DNA of 64,000 bases from Lentimicrobiaceae bacterium (GCA_033809755.1 JAPXLB010000004.1:131030-195029), one strand, 5' to 3'; counted from the stretch's first letter, positions 42,364 to 52,536 are shown. The notes: generated by a model from the letters alone, not told the origin. Made by a program: numbers and translations.

Positions 42364-42945
42364 ATGCAAATCATTGAATCAATTAAAGAACTCGACGAAT
42401 CGCTGTTTTTGTGGTTAAATTCAATTCGAAGCTCGGCACTTGATTTTGTTATGTGGCATTTTACAAAATATACTTTTTGGATACCTCTTTTTATTATTTT
42501 GTTTTACATAATTGTTAAGCGTTTCAGAAAGTATTCCATTCTTATATTTATAATGTTGGGTGTATTGATACTCATAAACGACCAGTTTTGTAATCTGAGT
42601 AAGTATTTTTTTATGCGTTTGCGTCCGACACATGAAGGGACAATAAGTAGCATTGTCAATACAGTTAATGGGTACAGAGGAGGTTTGTACAGTTTTTATT
42701 CCGGGCATGCTTCAAATACATTTGCAGTTGTTACGTTTTTTTCGTTGATATTCAAGAACAAACCTAAATACTTGTTTATTCTTTTGTGGACTTTTGCCGT
42801 AATTACGGTTTTTAGCCGCATTTATTTGGGAGTGCACTATCCAGGCGATATTATTGTTGGAGCTATTGTTGGAACCTTATTCGGTTTCCTTGTCTACAAG
42901 GCTTTTAGGGAAATATACTTTCATTTCACCAAACAAGTTGTTTGA
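42364..42945 (+). CDS. PAP2 family phosphatase (phosphatidic acid / undecaprenyl-diphosphate phosphatase type)
   Basis: All three PAP2 motifs are present in a multi-TM protein: RLRPTHE, SFYSGHASN and SRIYLGVHYPGD. Confidence 0.85.
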   Translation: MQIIESIKELDESLFLWLNSIRSSALDFVMWHFTKYTFWIPLFIILFYIIVKRFRKYSILIFIMLGVLILINDQFCNLSKYFFMRLRPTHEGTISSIVNTVNGYRGGLYSFYSGHASNTFAVVTFFSLIFKNKPKYLFILLWTFAVITVFSRIYLGVHYPGDIIVGAIVGTLFGFLVYKAFREIYFHFTKQVV

Positions 42946-42960
42946 TAAAAACAGATTGAA

Positions 42961-45069
42961 ATGCAAATACTAAATATTATATACACTTCTAAACCGCTTG
43001 TATTAGTGCTTTTGTGCTTGTTGGTTGGTTTTGTATATGCATATTTTTTGTATTATTTCAAGAATAAGGGCGTTTTTACCAAGACGCTAACCGCAGTATT
43101 ATTTGCAGTGAGATTAGTTACAGTTTCGTTTTTGTGTTTTTTACTGCTGTCGCCATATTTACTCAGAAAGAAGACAATAGAAGAGAAGCCTATAATAATC
43201 ATAGCTCAGGACAATTCCGAGTCGATTTTAGGACACAATAATTCCGACAAAATAAGATTTATATCCGATTACGAAAACAGGGTAAATAATTTTGCAAGTC
43301 AGCTTTCGGATAAATTTGAAGTACACCAAGTGTTGTTCGGCGATGAAGTGAGAGATATAAACGACTATTCTTTGAATTTTTCCGACAAAACAACGAATAT
43401 TTCCGATGTTTTCAAATACGTAAATAAACAGTACTACAACAGGAACATCGCATCAGTATTGCTTTTCAGCGATGGTATTTACAATAAAGGATTAAACCCT
43501 GTTTACCTGAGTAGCGACGAACTTAAATTTCCGGTGCACACTGTTGCCCTGGGCGATACCAATGTTATTCCCGACATTAAAATACTTAAAATTAATGCTA
43601 ACGATTATGCATTTTTGGGCAACGAATTTCCTGTTGAAGTTGAAATAAAAGCCGATAAACTAAAAGATAGAGATATAATAGTTGATATTATTAAAGCTGA
43701 AAAAGTGCTTTATTCCAACAAGATAAAAATCGATAACAATGATTTTTACACCAAGATAAAAACGAATATTAAGGCTGAAGATGTTGGAGTGAACCATTAT
43801 AGGGTTAGGATTAAACCTGCCGATGGCGAAGAAAATATCAGCAATAATTACAAAAGTTTTTATATAGACGTTATTGAAAACAAACAAAGAGTTGCAATAA
43901 TATACTCGTCGCCACATCCCGATATTGCCGCGTTGAGGCAGGCAATAAAAAATAACGACAACTTATCCGTTGAGGTTTTTTCGTATAAAGAATTGGACAA
44001 AAATAATTTGAATTACGATATGCTAATATTGCATCAAGTGCCTGATATATACGGCATTACCTCCGATTTTGCCGACAAAATTACCGACTTAAATATTCCG
44101 TATTTAAACATTGTAGGTACTTCAACTGATATTGGCTATTTCAATAAGTATTTTTCTTTGGTGCAAATACCGTCAAAGTCAATGCTGTGGGATGCTGTTA
44201 CACCTGTTTATAATAACAGCTTTTCGTGGTTTCAAATAAATTCTTCTTTTATTGATATTGTGAACGATTATCCACCCTTGAAGTCGATAATTGGAGAGTA
44301 TAAAGCAAGTTCGATATTGCAGCCGGTGCTTTATCAAAAAGTGGGCTCATACGTAACTCAATCGCCGATTATGCTTGTGGGACAAGATTTTAACAACAAA
44401 ATGGCTTACATTTTGGGCGAAGGAATTTGGCGTTGGCGAATGAATACCTTCGTTAAAACCGGCGATTACAGGGCTTTTGATGATTTTATTAATTCCGTAA
44501 TTCAATATCTAACAGTAAAAGGCGATAAAGGTAGATTTAGAGTTAAAAGCAAAGCCAGCTTTGCCGAAAATGAACAGGTTGTTTTCGACGTTGAGTTCTA
44601 CAACAAATCGTATCAGCTTATAAATACACCCGAAGTGGTAATGGATATCTTCGATACTGCTTCCAATCAGTATACATATACATTTTCGCGAACAGATAAT
44701 TACTACACTTTGAATATAAACAACTTGTCGGCAGGCGAATATACATACTCGGTTTCCACAAGTTTTGAAGACGAAGATTTTGTAAAAAACGGGAAAATAA
44801 TGATTGAAGCAATCGAGGTTGAAGGTAGCAATCTTATTGCAAATCACAGTCTTCTTTATCAGTTGGCAGAAGTAAGCAACGGAAGTTTGTTTGCGTACGA
44901 CGATTTAGAATCATTAAGCGAATATTTAATGAGCAATACCGAATACAAAACACTTATTCATCACCAAAAACAATATACACAGTTGATTGACTTTAAACTT
45001 ATTATGTTCTTAATTGTGTTTTTGTTGGGATTTGAATGGTTTATGCGTAAGTATTTCGGATCATATTAA
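42961..45069 (+). CDS. hypothetical membrane-anchored protein
   Basis: 702 aa with two N-terminal TM helices and one C-terminal TM helix (LIMFLIVFLLGFEWFM). No motif I can name with confidence. Confidence 0.65.
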   Translation: MQILNIIYTSKPLVLVLLCLLVGFVYAYFLYYFKNKGVFTKTLTAVLFAVRLVTVSFLCFLLLSPYLLRKKTIEEKPIIIIAQDNSESILGHNNSDKIRFISDYENRVNNFASQLSDKFEVHQVLFGDEVRDINDYSLNFSDKTTNISDVFKYVNKQYYNRNIASVLLFSDGIYNKGLNPVYLSSDELKFPVHTVALGDTNVIPDIKILKINANDYAFLGNEFPVEVEIKADKLKDRDIIVDIIKAEKVLYSNKIKIDNNDFYTKIKTNIKAEDVGVNHYRVRIKPADGEENISNNYKSFYIDVIENKQRVAIIYSSPHPDIAALRQAIKNNDNLSVEVFSYKELDKNNLNYDMLILHQVPDIYGITSDFADKITDLNIPYLNIVGTSTDIGYFNKYFSLVQIPSKSMLWDAVTPVYNNSFSWFQINSSFIDIVNDYPPLKSIIGEYKASSILQPVLYQKVGSYVTQSPIMLVGQDFNNKMAYILGEGIWRWRMNTFVKTGDYRAFDDFINSVIQYLTVKGDKGRFRVKSKASFAENEQVVFDVEFYNKSYQLINTPEVVMDIFDTASNQYTYTFSRTDNYYTLNINNLSAGEYTYSVSTSFEDEDFVKNGKIMIEAIEVEGSNLIANHSLLYQLAEVSNGSLFAYDDLESLSEYLMSNTEYKTLIHHQKQYTQLIDFKLIMFLIVFLLGFEWFMRKYFGSY

Positions 45070-45090
45070 AATTAATAAACACAATTATCT

Positions 45091-45597
45091 ATGACAATTT
45101 CCACAAACAAAGTAGTTACACTACATTACGAATTGAGAGAAAATGATGAAAAAGGAACTTTTGTTGAAAAAACAGGTGAAAATTCGCCTTTAGTTTTTAT
45201 TTACGGAGTAGGACAAATGCTGCCAGAATTTGAAAGACAACTGAAAGGTTTAAAGGTTGGCGACAATTTTTCTTTCGGTTTATCCAGCAAAGATGCATAC
45301 GGCGAGTACGATAAAGAGGCTGTGATTGAAGTTAGCAAAAGCATTTTTATGGTTGACGGTAAGCTAAACACCGACCTTCTTGTAGTAGGAAGAATGATAC
45401 CACTGCAAGCACAAAACGGACATATTTTTAACGCCAAAGTCCTTGAAATTCTCGATGATGTCGTGGTGATGGATCTTAATCACCCTATGGCAGGCAAAAA
45501 CCTACATTTTACAGGAAATATTGTTGAAATCCGCGAGGCAACAAAAGAAGAATTAGAACATGGTCATGTTCATTCTTGCGGATGTGGGAGTTGTTAG
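45091..45597 (+). CDS. slyD: FKBP-type peptidyl-prolyl cis-trans isomerase (SlyD-like)
   Basis: VVTLHYELRE, YGVGQMLPEFERQLKGLKVGD and DLNHPMAGKNLHFTGNIVEIREAT. The short metal-binding tail is HGHVHSCGCGSC. Confidence 0.85.
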   Translation: MTISTNKVVTLHYELRENDEKGTFVEKTGENSPLVFIYGVGQMLPEFERQLKGLKVGDNFSFGLSSKDAYGEYDKEAVIEVSKSIFMVDGKLNTDLLVVGRMIPLQAQNGHIFNAKVLEILDDVVVMDLNHPMAGKNLHFTGNIVEIREATKEELEHGHVHSCGCGSC

Positions 45598-45760
45598 GGT
45601 TACGGGTTGCGTGGTGCGGGATAGTTCTGAGTTCCGAGTTTCGAGTCAGGAGTGTTGTCCCGAAAATTCGAGATTAACTCGTAACTCGTAACTCAATACT
45701 CGAGACTAAAAACACTCATCACCCATCACCAACCACTGACCACTAACAGCCAACAGCTAA
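45598..45760. repeat. heptad-periodic palindromic intergenic element, copy D
   Basis: The left half is G/T-rich: GGTTACGGGTTGCGTGGTGCGGG, GTTCTGAGTTCCGAGTTTCGAGTCAGGAGTGTTG. The right half is C/A-rich: AACTCGTAACTCGTAACTCAATACTCGAGAC...CACTCATCACCCATCACCAACCACTGACCAC. The element starts immediately after the slyD stop. Confidence 0.85.
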
Positions 45761-45770
45761 TCAATCAAAA

Positions 45771-46490
45771 TTACGGCTGCCCCAAAATAAAAATAGTAGG
45801 TTTTTTATCGAGAATCGGCTTGTCTTTTTTCCAATCGGCTATGGTTAAAGTTTTTATAAACTCATTTTCGCCGCTTATATCGCTTGCTATACACAAGTAA
45901 ATATGATTAGGTACGGTTTTTAGAAGCGTGTCGATTATATTATTGTTTCGGTAAGGCGTTTCTATAAATATTTGCGAATAATTATCTTTACAAATTCTGT
46001 TTACCAAATTATTTATAAACGGAATTTTTTCTTCCGCCCTTACGGGTATATATCCGTTAAAAGTAAACTGTTGCCCGTTAAGTCCCGAAGCCATAAGAGC
46101 CATCATAATTGATGATGTGCCCAAAAGCGGTATAACTTTGTAATTGTTGTTATGAGCCCATGCAATAAACCAATTACCCGGGTCGGCAATGCAGGGCGTA
46201 CCTGCTTCGCTCATCATTCCAATAGAATTTCCGTCCGAGAGTGTTGTAGCAATTTCTGAAATAAATTCAGACTTATTTGTATGTTCGTTTAAAACAAAAA
46301 ATTCAACCTCGTTTATTGGTCGGGGGAAAGATATGCTAGATAAAAAGCGACGAGCCGTTCGCAACTCTTCGACGACAAAAATATTTAGGTTGTGTATTAT
46401 ATTTATAGTGCTTTTAGGAATGCTCAGGCAGGCGTCGCCATCAGCGATAGGAGTGGGTATAAGATAAACACGACTGCTATTCATAAGCAA
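45771..46490 (-). CDS. SAM-dependent methyltransferase, tetrapyrrole-methylase (RsmI-like) superfamily
   Basis: 239 aa. VYLIPTPIADGD and MMSEAGTPCIADPG are typical of the RsmI/YraL-like fold. Confidence 0.7.
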   Translation of the reverse strand: MLMNSSRVYLIPTPIADGDACLSIPKSTINIIHNLNIFVVEELRTARRFLSSISFPRPINEVEFFVLNEHTNKSEFISEIATTLSDGNSIGMMSEAGTPCIADPGNWFIAWAHNNNYKVIPLLGTSSIMMALMASGLNGQQFTFNGYIPVRAEEKIPFINNLVNRICKDNYSQIFIETPYRNNNIIDTLLKTVPNHIYLCIASDISGENEFIKTLTIADWKKDKPILDKKPTIFILGQP

Positions 46491-46509
46491 ACCATTAATA
46501 TTTTACAAA

Positions 46510-48663
46510 CTACACTATTTCTGTTTTTTTGAGGTGTTTATTAATCTCGCTAAGAATATTATTTGTAGAAACGGGTTTGCCTATAACAGCGCACGCACCC
46601 GTATTGATAATATCTTCAATCAAATCGGGGTTGGTATGAGCTGTAGATACCATAACAGGTACATCAGGTTTAACTTGTTTGGTTTTTACAATAATTTCTT
46701 TGCCATTTCCGTCGGGAAGGTTAATATCGGTTATAATTAAGTCCAGATCGTTTTCTTCTATGGCTGCAACCGCCGATTTGTATGATTCGGCACATAGCAC
46801 TTTAAAATTATTGTCTTTAAGTATATTAGTTATAACTGTTAAAGAAATTGCGTCGTCGTCTACTATCAATACGTTAGCTACTTCTTTTTCGGTATTGCTT
46901 TCGGTTGACGCTTTAAGACTCGTTTCGTTAACTATAGTAACCGGTATCAACACTTCAAAAGTAGTGCCCTTATTGTTCGATTCAACCAATTCCATATTAC
47001 CTTTAAGTAATTCAACAAGTTTTTTTGTAATAGCTAATCCTAAGCCTGTACTACCTTCGATATTTGCACCTTTTGCTATATTGGTTTTTTCGTCGAATAG
47101 CTTGCTTTGTCTTTCCTTAGGGATGCCTGTACCTGTATCTTTTATAACAAATCTAAGGTAATCTTGGTTATTCTCTTTGTGTATAATTTCAATTAAGTTG
47201 CTTACCGTTCCTTTGTTAGTGTATTTTATAGCGTTATCAACAAGGTTTATTAGTATTTCTTGAATTTTGTTTCTGTCGCTAGAAATAATACACTTGGTAT
47301 TGTCTGTGAACTTAGTTTCAAAATTCAAACCTTTTTCGACAGCTTTAGGCTTTGTCAAATTAATTGTTTCGCTCAGAGTGCCGTGCAAATCGAACTCGGA
47401 GGCGGAAATACTAACGTACTGGTCTTCCAGCAAATTGTAGTTTAGTATGTGATTTGTGGTAGTTTGAATATGTAATGCCGAATCCTCAATGATGTCGAGG
47501 TATTTCTCGGTGTTTTGACTATCGTTTTTACATTGTTTTATAAGTAGCGGAATGTTGCTTATAGGTGCTTTAATTTCGTGGGTAACAACATTTATCAGTC
47601 TAGACTTGGAATTGGAGATTTTATCAAGTTTTTTATATTCCACTTTAAGCGCCCTGTCTCGTTTTTTAACTTCGTTAAGTAATATCATGACACCAATAGT
47701 CATAAATGCAAACAAGGCAACAGAAAAAGTAGAGTTGTTATTAATAGCTTTTTGAGCTTTGTCGGAAGTTATTTTAGCATCATATCTTAAGTGATTAACT
47801 CTGTTGCGTTCGTAGTTTCTTATTTCAATAAGCAGTTGGTTTATATTGTTGATAATATCGGAGTTGATACTAGCTAATTTTTTTTCTTCGTCGTCGAGGA
47901 CTTTTAACCTATAGTTGTGTGCGTTGAAAACATCTTGGTAGTACACCTGTATTGCTTTTTGAAAATCCGCCATTTTGGTTGAATCAGAGTCTGAAAATGC
48001 AATGGAATCTTGAGTTTCAGAAGAGCTAATTGTTTTGTATTCAAACTTTGGAGTATCATCTTGTTTGTTTACAAACAAATTTCTTAGTCGTGTTATAAAG
48101 CGAGTGTCTTTACCGGTACTGTCAAATACAGGTACAATACTGTCGGTTTTTATGGACTGACTAAAATATTCAATTTTTTTTATGTCATAAGCCGGAGCTA
48201 TCAGAGCCTTGGGCGTAGGTTTAAGCCGCTGTGGTTTAGACGTTATAGAGTCTATTTCGTGCTTTATTTCTATAATTCTATTCGAAAGATCAAGTTTGTT
48301 TTCGATAGTAGCGTCAAACTCTTTAGACGAGGTGTAGCTCAGTATGGTTGTTGAAAGTGTGTCTATTTTATTTTTTACCTCGTTGAGTTTTGAAATGTAA
48401 GTGCTTAAGTAATGATCAGACTTTGTTGCGAGGTACATTCTGAAGTTGTTGTCGGCATTATAAAGCGTTATAGAGCATTGATTAATAGCCTCAGAAACGT
48501 CTGAAGGTTGTGAAATCTCATCAACTGCCGACTTTAACATCTTTGAGTTTTCGATGGAGTGGTTGATAAATTTGTAAACTGTAATAACCAATATTACAAG
48601 TAAGCTTACAATCAGGATGTTTATCACATCAAACATTTTGTTTTTTTCGGAAGACTTTTTCAT
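46510..48663 (-). CDS. hybrid sensor histidine kinase / response regulator
   Basis: An N-terminal TM helix and a long coiled-coil region precede a second TM helix. The H-box is VVTHEIKAPI. The HATPase N/G boxes are NLVDNAIKYT and DTGTGIP..GLGLAI. The C-terminal receiver domain has VLIVDDD...DLIITDINLPDGNG. Confidence 0.85.
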   Translation of the reverse strand: MKKSSEKNKMFDVINILIVSLLVILVITVYKFINHSIENSKMLKSAVDEISQPSDVSEAINQCSITLYNADNNFRMYLATKSDHYLSTYISKLNEVKNKIDTLSTTILSYTSSKEFDATIENKLDLSNRIIEIKHEIDSITSKPQRLKPTPKALIAPAYDIKKIEYFSQSIKTDSIVPVFDSTGKDTRFITRLRNLFVNKQDDTPKFEYKTISSSETQDSIAFSDSDSTKMADFQKAIQVYYQDVFNAHNYRLKVLDDEEKKLASINSDIINNINQLLIEIRNYERNRVNHLRYDAKITSDKAQKAINNNSTFSVALFAFMTIGVMILLNEVKKRDRALKVEYKKLDKISNSKSRLINVVTHEIKAPISNIPLLIKQCKNDSQNTEKYLDIIEDSALHIQTTTNHILNYNLLEDQYVSISASEFDLHGTLSETINLTKPKAVEKGLNFETKFTDNTKCIISSDRNKIQEILINLVDNAIKYTNKGTVSNLIEIIHKENNQDYLRFVIKDTGTGIPKERQSKLFDEKTNIAKGANIEGSTGLGLAITKKLVELLKGNMELVESNNKGTTFEVLIPVTIVNETSLKASTESNTEKEVANVLIVDDDAISLTVITNILKDNNFKVLCAESYKSAVAAIEENDLDLIITDINLPDGNGKEIIVKTKQVKPDVPVMVSTAHTNPDLIEDIINTGACAVIGKPVSTNNILSEINKHLKKTEIV

Positions 48664-48717
48664 AATTTGGAATTGTTGTGGTTGGTAGCTAAATTACAAA
48701 TTATCTATAAAAAATCA

Positions 48718-50181
48718 TCAAAATCTGATTTTTTTATCAATTTCTTCTACATATACTTTAAATTGTTTGTCGGTTTCGATAAGATTTCTAACGGTTTTGC
48801 ATGCGTGCAGCACGGTTGCGTGGTCTTTGTTTCCGCAGTGTTTTCCTATAACAGCCAACGAATATTGGGTGTATTTTTTTGCGAAGTACATAGCCAATTG
48901 TCTTGCCTGAACAATGTTTCTTTTCCTCGATTTGTTATTAATAATTTCAACAGGAAGGTCAAAGTAGTCGAAAACACTTTTTTTGACTAGGTCTATAGAT
49001 ATTTCTTTTTCCGTGTTTTTGATAAACTTGTCGATAATGTTTTTAGTGAGCTCTAAGGTTATTTCTTTTTTATTGAGTGTAGTTTGAGCAATTATTTGTC
49101 TTAAAGCGCCTTCAAGTTCTCTAACATTGTTCGTAACGCGGTATGCTATATATTCAATTATATCGTTTGGAAGTGTAATTCCGTCTTTGTACGCAAGTTG
49201 GTTCAGTATTGCTATACGCGTTTCAACATCCGGTATTTGCAGGTCAGCAGCCAAACCCCATTTAAACCTTGACAGTAGACGTTGTTCAAAGCCGACTAAG
49301 TCAACGGGAGCTTTATCACTGGTTATAATAATTTGTTTACTTTTTTGATGTAAGAAATCAAATATATGGAAAAATACATCCTGAGTTTTTTCTTTACCGC
49401 TCAAAAATTCGATGTCGTCTATTATCAAAACATCTATCATTTGGTAAAAATGAATAAAGTCGTTTTGGTTATTATTTTTAACCGAATCGTAAAACTGCTG
49501 CATAAACTGCTCAATACCGACGTAAAGTACTATTTTTTCGGGAAACAATTCTTTAGCTTTCAAGCCTATAGCTTGTACAAGGTGGGTTTTACCTAATCCG
49601 GTTTGGCTGTATATAAATAATGGATTGAAGCCCGATTTGCCGGGGTTACATGCTACGGCATAACCGGCAGAGCGTGCAAGGCGGTTGCAGTCTCCCTCAA
49701 TAAAGTTATCGAACGAAAAACTTCCGTTAAGCTGCGAGTTGATTTCAATTTTTTTGAGACCTGGAATGATAAAAGGATTTGGAATTTCTCTGTTGTTGCC
49801 CGAGTTGAGGTCTATGGGCATTTGTACGCTTGGATTTTTAGTAACGTTCCGCTTGTTTGTCGGCAGATTTATCGTAAGTGGCGATGTTTGATTGTTTTGC
49901 ATGACAATACTGTATTCCAATCTAGCATCTTTGCCTATTTCTTGTATAAGCGTACGATGTATTATGTCAATATAATGTCCTTCGAGCCATTCGTAAAAGA
50001 AATGGGTTGGGACCTGAATAGTAAGGACATTGTTTTTCAGACGTATTGGTACTATTGGCATAAACCAGGTTTTGTACGCTTGCGGACTTATATTATCTTT
50101 TATTACTTCTAAGCAGTTTTTCCAAATTTTTTCGTGTTCCATGTTTTTGATTATATCTTTATAAAATAAATTATTAGTCAA
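48718..50181 (-). CDS. dnaA: chromosomal replication initiator protein DnaA
   Basis: AAA+ Walker A is GQTGLGKTHL and Walker B is VLIIDDIEFL. The C-terminal DNA-binding helix is RKRNIVQARQLAMYFAKKYT...IGKHCGNKDHATVLHA. The start may instead be the Met at 50142 (MEHEKIWKNCLEVI). Confidence 0.95.
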   Translation of the reverse strand: MTNNLFYKDIIKNMEHEKIWKNCLEVIKDNISPQAYKTWFMPIVPIRLKNNVLTIQVPTHFFYEWLEGHYIDIIHRTLIQEIGKDARLEYSIVMQNNQTSPLTINLPTNKRNVTKNPSVQMPIDLNSGNNREIPNPFIIPGLKKIEINSQLNGSFSFDNFIEGDCNRLARSAGYAVACNPGKSGFNPLFIYSQTGLGKTHLVQAIGLKAKELFPEKIVLYVGIEQFMQQFYDSVKNNNQNDFIHFYQMIDVLIIDDIEFLSGKEKTQDVFFHIFDFLHQKSKQIIITSDKAPVDLVGFEQRLLSRFKWGLAADLQIPDVETRIAILNQLAYKDGITLPNDIIEYIAYRVTNNVRELEGALRQIIAQTTLNKKEITLELTKNIIDKFIKNTEKEISIDLVKKSVFDYFDLPVEIINNKSRKRNIVQARQLAMYFAKKYTQYSLAVIGKHCGNKDHATVLHACKTVRNLIETDKQFKVYVEEIDKKIRF

Positions 50182-50353
50182 TAAAATTAATAAATTAAGG
50201 CATAATGAACGGACAATTAGGGTATTGGTATAATCTCGTGTTCGTTATAGCTTTCAAATTTCAGTTTTCAAAGGTCTTAATAAAATTGTTATAAAAAAAA
50301 TATTTTACCTATTGACTTTTTAGAAATATTTTTGTATAGAGCTTTTGTGACAT

Positions 50354-50374
50354 TTGTTAACAAATTGTTAACAA
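50354..50374. promoter_or_regulatory. tandem 10-bp palindromes TTGTTAACAA-A-TTGTTAACAA
   Basis: Two perfect copies with an 11-bp pitch lie between the yigZ stop and the dnaA start. This could be an operator or a weak AT-rich hairpin. Confidence 0.35.
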
Positions 50375-50390
50375 ACAGTTAAAATAAAAT

Positions 50391-50990
50391 TTATAACTTT
50401 CTAATAATCAATTCCCTTATATTACTAAATTTTTGAATAATTTCATCTTCCATATTTTTTCTGAAGTCGATTTCCAGAGCACAATTCGTGCCAGAAAAAT
50501 TATTATTAATATTGATATTAAACTCTTTTATTATTTTCATCACATCGTTCATCATAATGTATTCAAACTCAAGTATGTAGCCGACTGTAATTATTTTTGT
50601 AATAATTTCAGCTGCTTCAATTGTGAGTTTTGCAGACTTTTTATATGCTTTAATAAGTCCTGATACACCAAGTTTAATGCCTCCAAAATATCTAACAGAA
50701 ACAATCAGAACGTTGGTAAGATTGTACGATCTTATTTGTCCGTAGATTGGCAAACCTGCCGTGCCTGATGGTTCGCCATCGTCGTTGGCTCTGTAATTAT
50801 CCTCAGTAAAACCTAATTTATAAGCGTAGCAGTGATGGGTGGCTTTATAGTGTTCTTTTCTGATGTTAGCCAGTATTTCCTTTATTTCTTCTTCGTCGTT
50901 TACCGGAAATCCGTAGCCCAAAAACTTACTACCCTTAACTTTGTAAAGGCTTTCCGAGGGTTTGTTTATTGTTAAATATTCGTCGCTCAC
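50391..50990 (-). CDS. yigZ: YigZ / IMPACT family protein
   Basis: YKVKGSKFLGYGFPV...KATHHCYAYKLG...DDGEPSGTAGLPI matches the UPF0029/IMPACT N-terminal domain. Confidence 0.85.
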   Translation of the reverse strand: MSDEYLTINKPSESLYKVKGSKFLGYGFPVNDEEEIKEILANIRKEHYKATHHCYAYKLGFTEDNYRANDDGEPSGTAGLPIYGQIRSYNLTNVLIVSVRYFGGIKLGVSGLIKAYKKSAKLTIEAAEIITKIITVGYILEFEYIMMNDVMKIIKEFNININNNFSGTNCALEIDFRKNMEDEIIQKFSNIRELIIRKL

Positions 50991-51135
50991 ATCTATAATT
51001 ATTTTCAGCTGCCAATTACTGAATTAACTATTATTTTCTTTTCATTTCGTAACCAACTCTGTCTTAGTTTCGCAAATATAGTTAATTTTATCTGTATTTT
51101 GTCGCAATTGTCCCAATTTGGGAGTGGTTTATATT

Positions 51136-52536
51136 TTAGTTTTTGCTAAACAAAATAGGAAATTTTAATGCAAAGTATAAGTTGGTATTATAAATATCGC
51201 CTTTAACAATGTTGCTCAACAGGTCGTTAGAGCCTATCCATAAAAACAAGGCTCTGACAGCCAATCCGGTTTTAAACTGATTTAATTCGTTATATTGAAT
51301 TGGTACCGATACTGTAACATTACCAAGTTCTATGCGGGGTATCAGGTTAAGCGATACAAAATTACTCGATTTTGCAACCAAACTAGTACCCTTGTTCAGT
51401 GCTATATAAGGGATAAAGTTTAAGTAAATACCTTTAGAAACTCTAGCATCCAACTGTAAACTAATTGAAGTTGGAAGAGCCATATTAAAGTCGTCGGTGC
51501 ATGGCGTAACGTGAAATAGGCTGTCGGTATATCGGTTGAAATCTTCAATATTGTCAATTCTAATATCTCTAATGTACATGTTTTCTATATTGGCTACAAA
51601 GTCGGCACTTTCAGGATTTCTTCTGTAATTTACACTACCAATGTCGGTAATTGCTATACCTACTTTATATTTGTAATGAGCAGCATCTTGTAGCTTTAAT
51701 TTAGTGTAGCCTGTTGTTGGCGGATTGTAGTCGATGTCGCTTGTGCGGTATTCGTAAACTGCTCCTATATCAAAACCTAAAGAAGGTTTGCCGGCAAATC
51801 GGGGTTTTAATTTTTCGTCAATATCAAAATCGTAGGATGTACCGTAGCTAACCGAGGTTTTAAAAATTGAGAGTGTATCTTTGTCTGTAAATTTATAGCT
51901 GAGGTCTTTAATGTTTAAGTATCCTGCACCCAAGCCCTGAAGCAGTTTTACGGTGGCGCCGGCTTTAATAAAGTGATTACCGTCGTTGTAGACTGTTCTG
52001 GCGTACGTAAGTCCGTACTCTGCCCAAGCGTGAGTACTTAAATTTAAGTTGGCGTTTTTTAGTTCAATATTATGCAATGTTACATCGTTAAAATCGCTGA
52101 CAATAAGTCTGGCTAAGTCTTCCGATACGTGTGTAATGCTCAGTTTTGTCCTAAATGAAGGCGTGAAAGCTATAGCTGATTTTTCGTCAAGTTTAATCAT
52201 AAACGAAAACAGGTCGACTTTAGCACCTAGAAAGCCTTTTTTGGTTCCGCTTCTGGTATTTGCTACAACTTCAACAGGCATTACTTCCGATTTTTCTTCC
52301 TTAAAGGGGTATAGTAGCATTTTGTGCTTAATTGAGTATAAATTGTTGCTGAGGTCTAAACTAACTCCCAAAAATGTCATATCAAGTCTATATTCGGAAT
52401 CTGCTATAGAAGCTGGTTGGAATTGAGCTCCCAATGCTCCGGAGTATGGCTGCGCGGAAAACGGAAAAAATTCCTGTGCAACTATGCTAACATTTATAAA
52501 TAGCACTAAGGAAATTAAAAGTGTTGTTCGTTTCAT
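51136..52536 (-). CDS. hypothetical outer-membrane protein
   Basis: A signal peptide (LISLVLFINVSIVAQ) is followed by a beta-strand-like alternating pattern. Family not recognised. Confidence 0.6.
   Translation of the reverse strand: MKRTTLLISLVLFINVSIVAQEFFPFSAQPYSGALGAQFQPASIADSEYRLDMTFLGVSLDLSNNLYSIKHKMLLYPFKEEKSEVMPVEVVANTRSGTKKGFLGAKVDLFSFMIKLDEKSAIAFTPSFRTKLSITHVSEDLARLIVSDFNDVTLHNIELKNANLNLSTHAWAEYGLTYARTVYNDGNHFIKAGATVKLLQGLGAGYLNIKDLSYKFTDKDTLSIFKTSVSYGTSYDFDIDEKLKPRFAGKPSLGFDIGAVYEYRTSDIDYNPPTTGYTKLKLQDAAHYKYKVGIAITDIGSVNYRRNPESADFVANIENMYIRDIRIDNIEDFNRYTDSLFHVTPCTDDFNMALPTSISLQLDARVSKGIYLNFIPYIALNKGTSLVAKSSNFVSLNLIPRIELGNVTVSVPIQYNELNQFKTGLAVRALFLWIGSNDLLSNIVKGDIYNTNLYFALKFPILFSKN

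Noticed and set aside
50182-50390. oriC next to dnaA
   Set aside because: I could not find a cluster of DnaA boxes (TTATCCACA or close variants) or an obvious AT-rich 13-mer array. Genes on both sides of dnaA are on the minus strand, so there is no strand-bias switch. A genome-wide GC-skew analysis would be needed.
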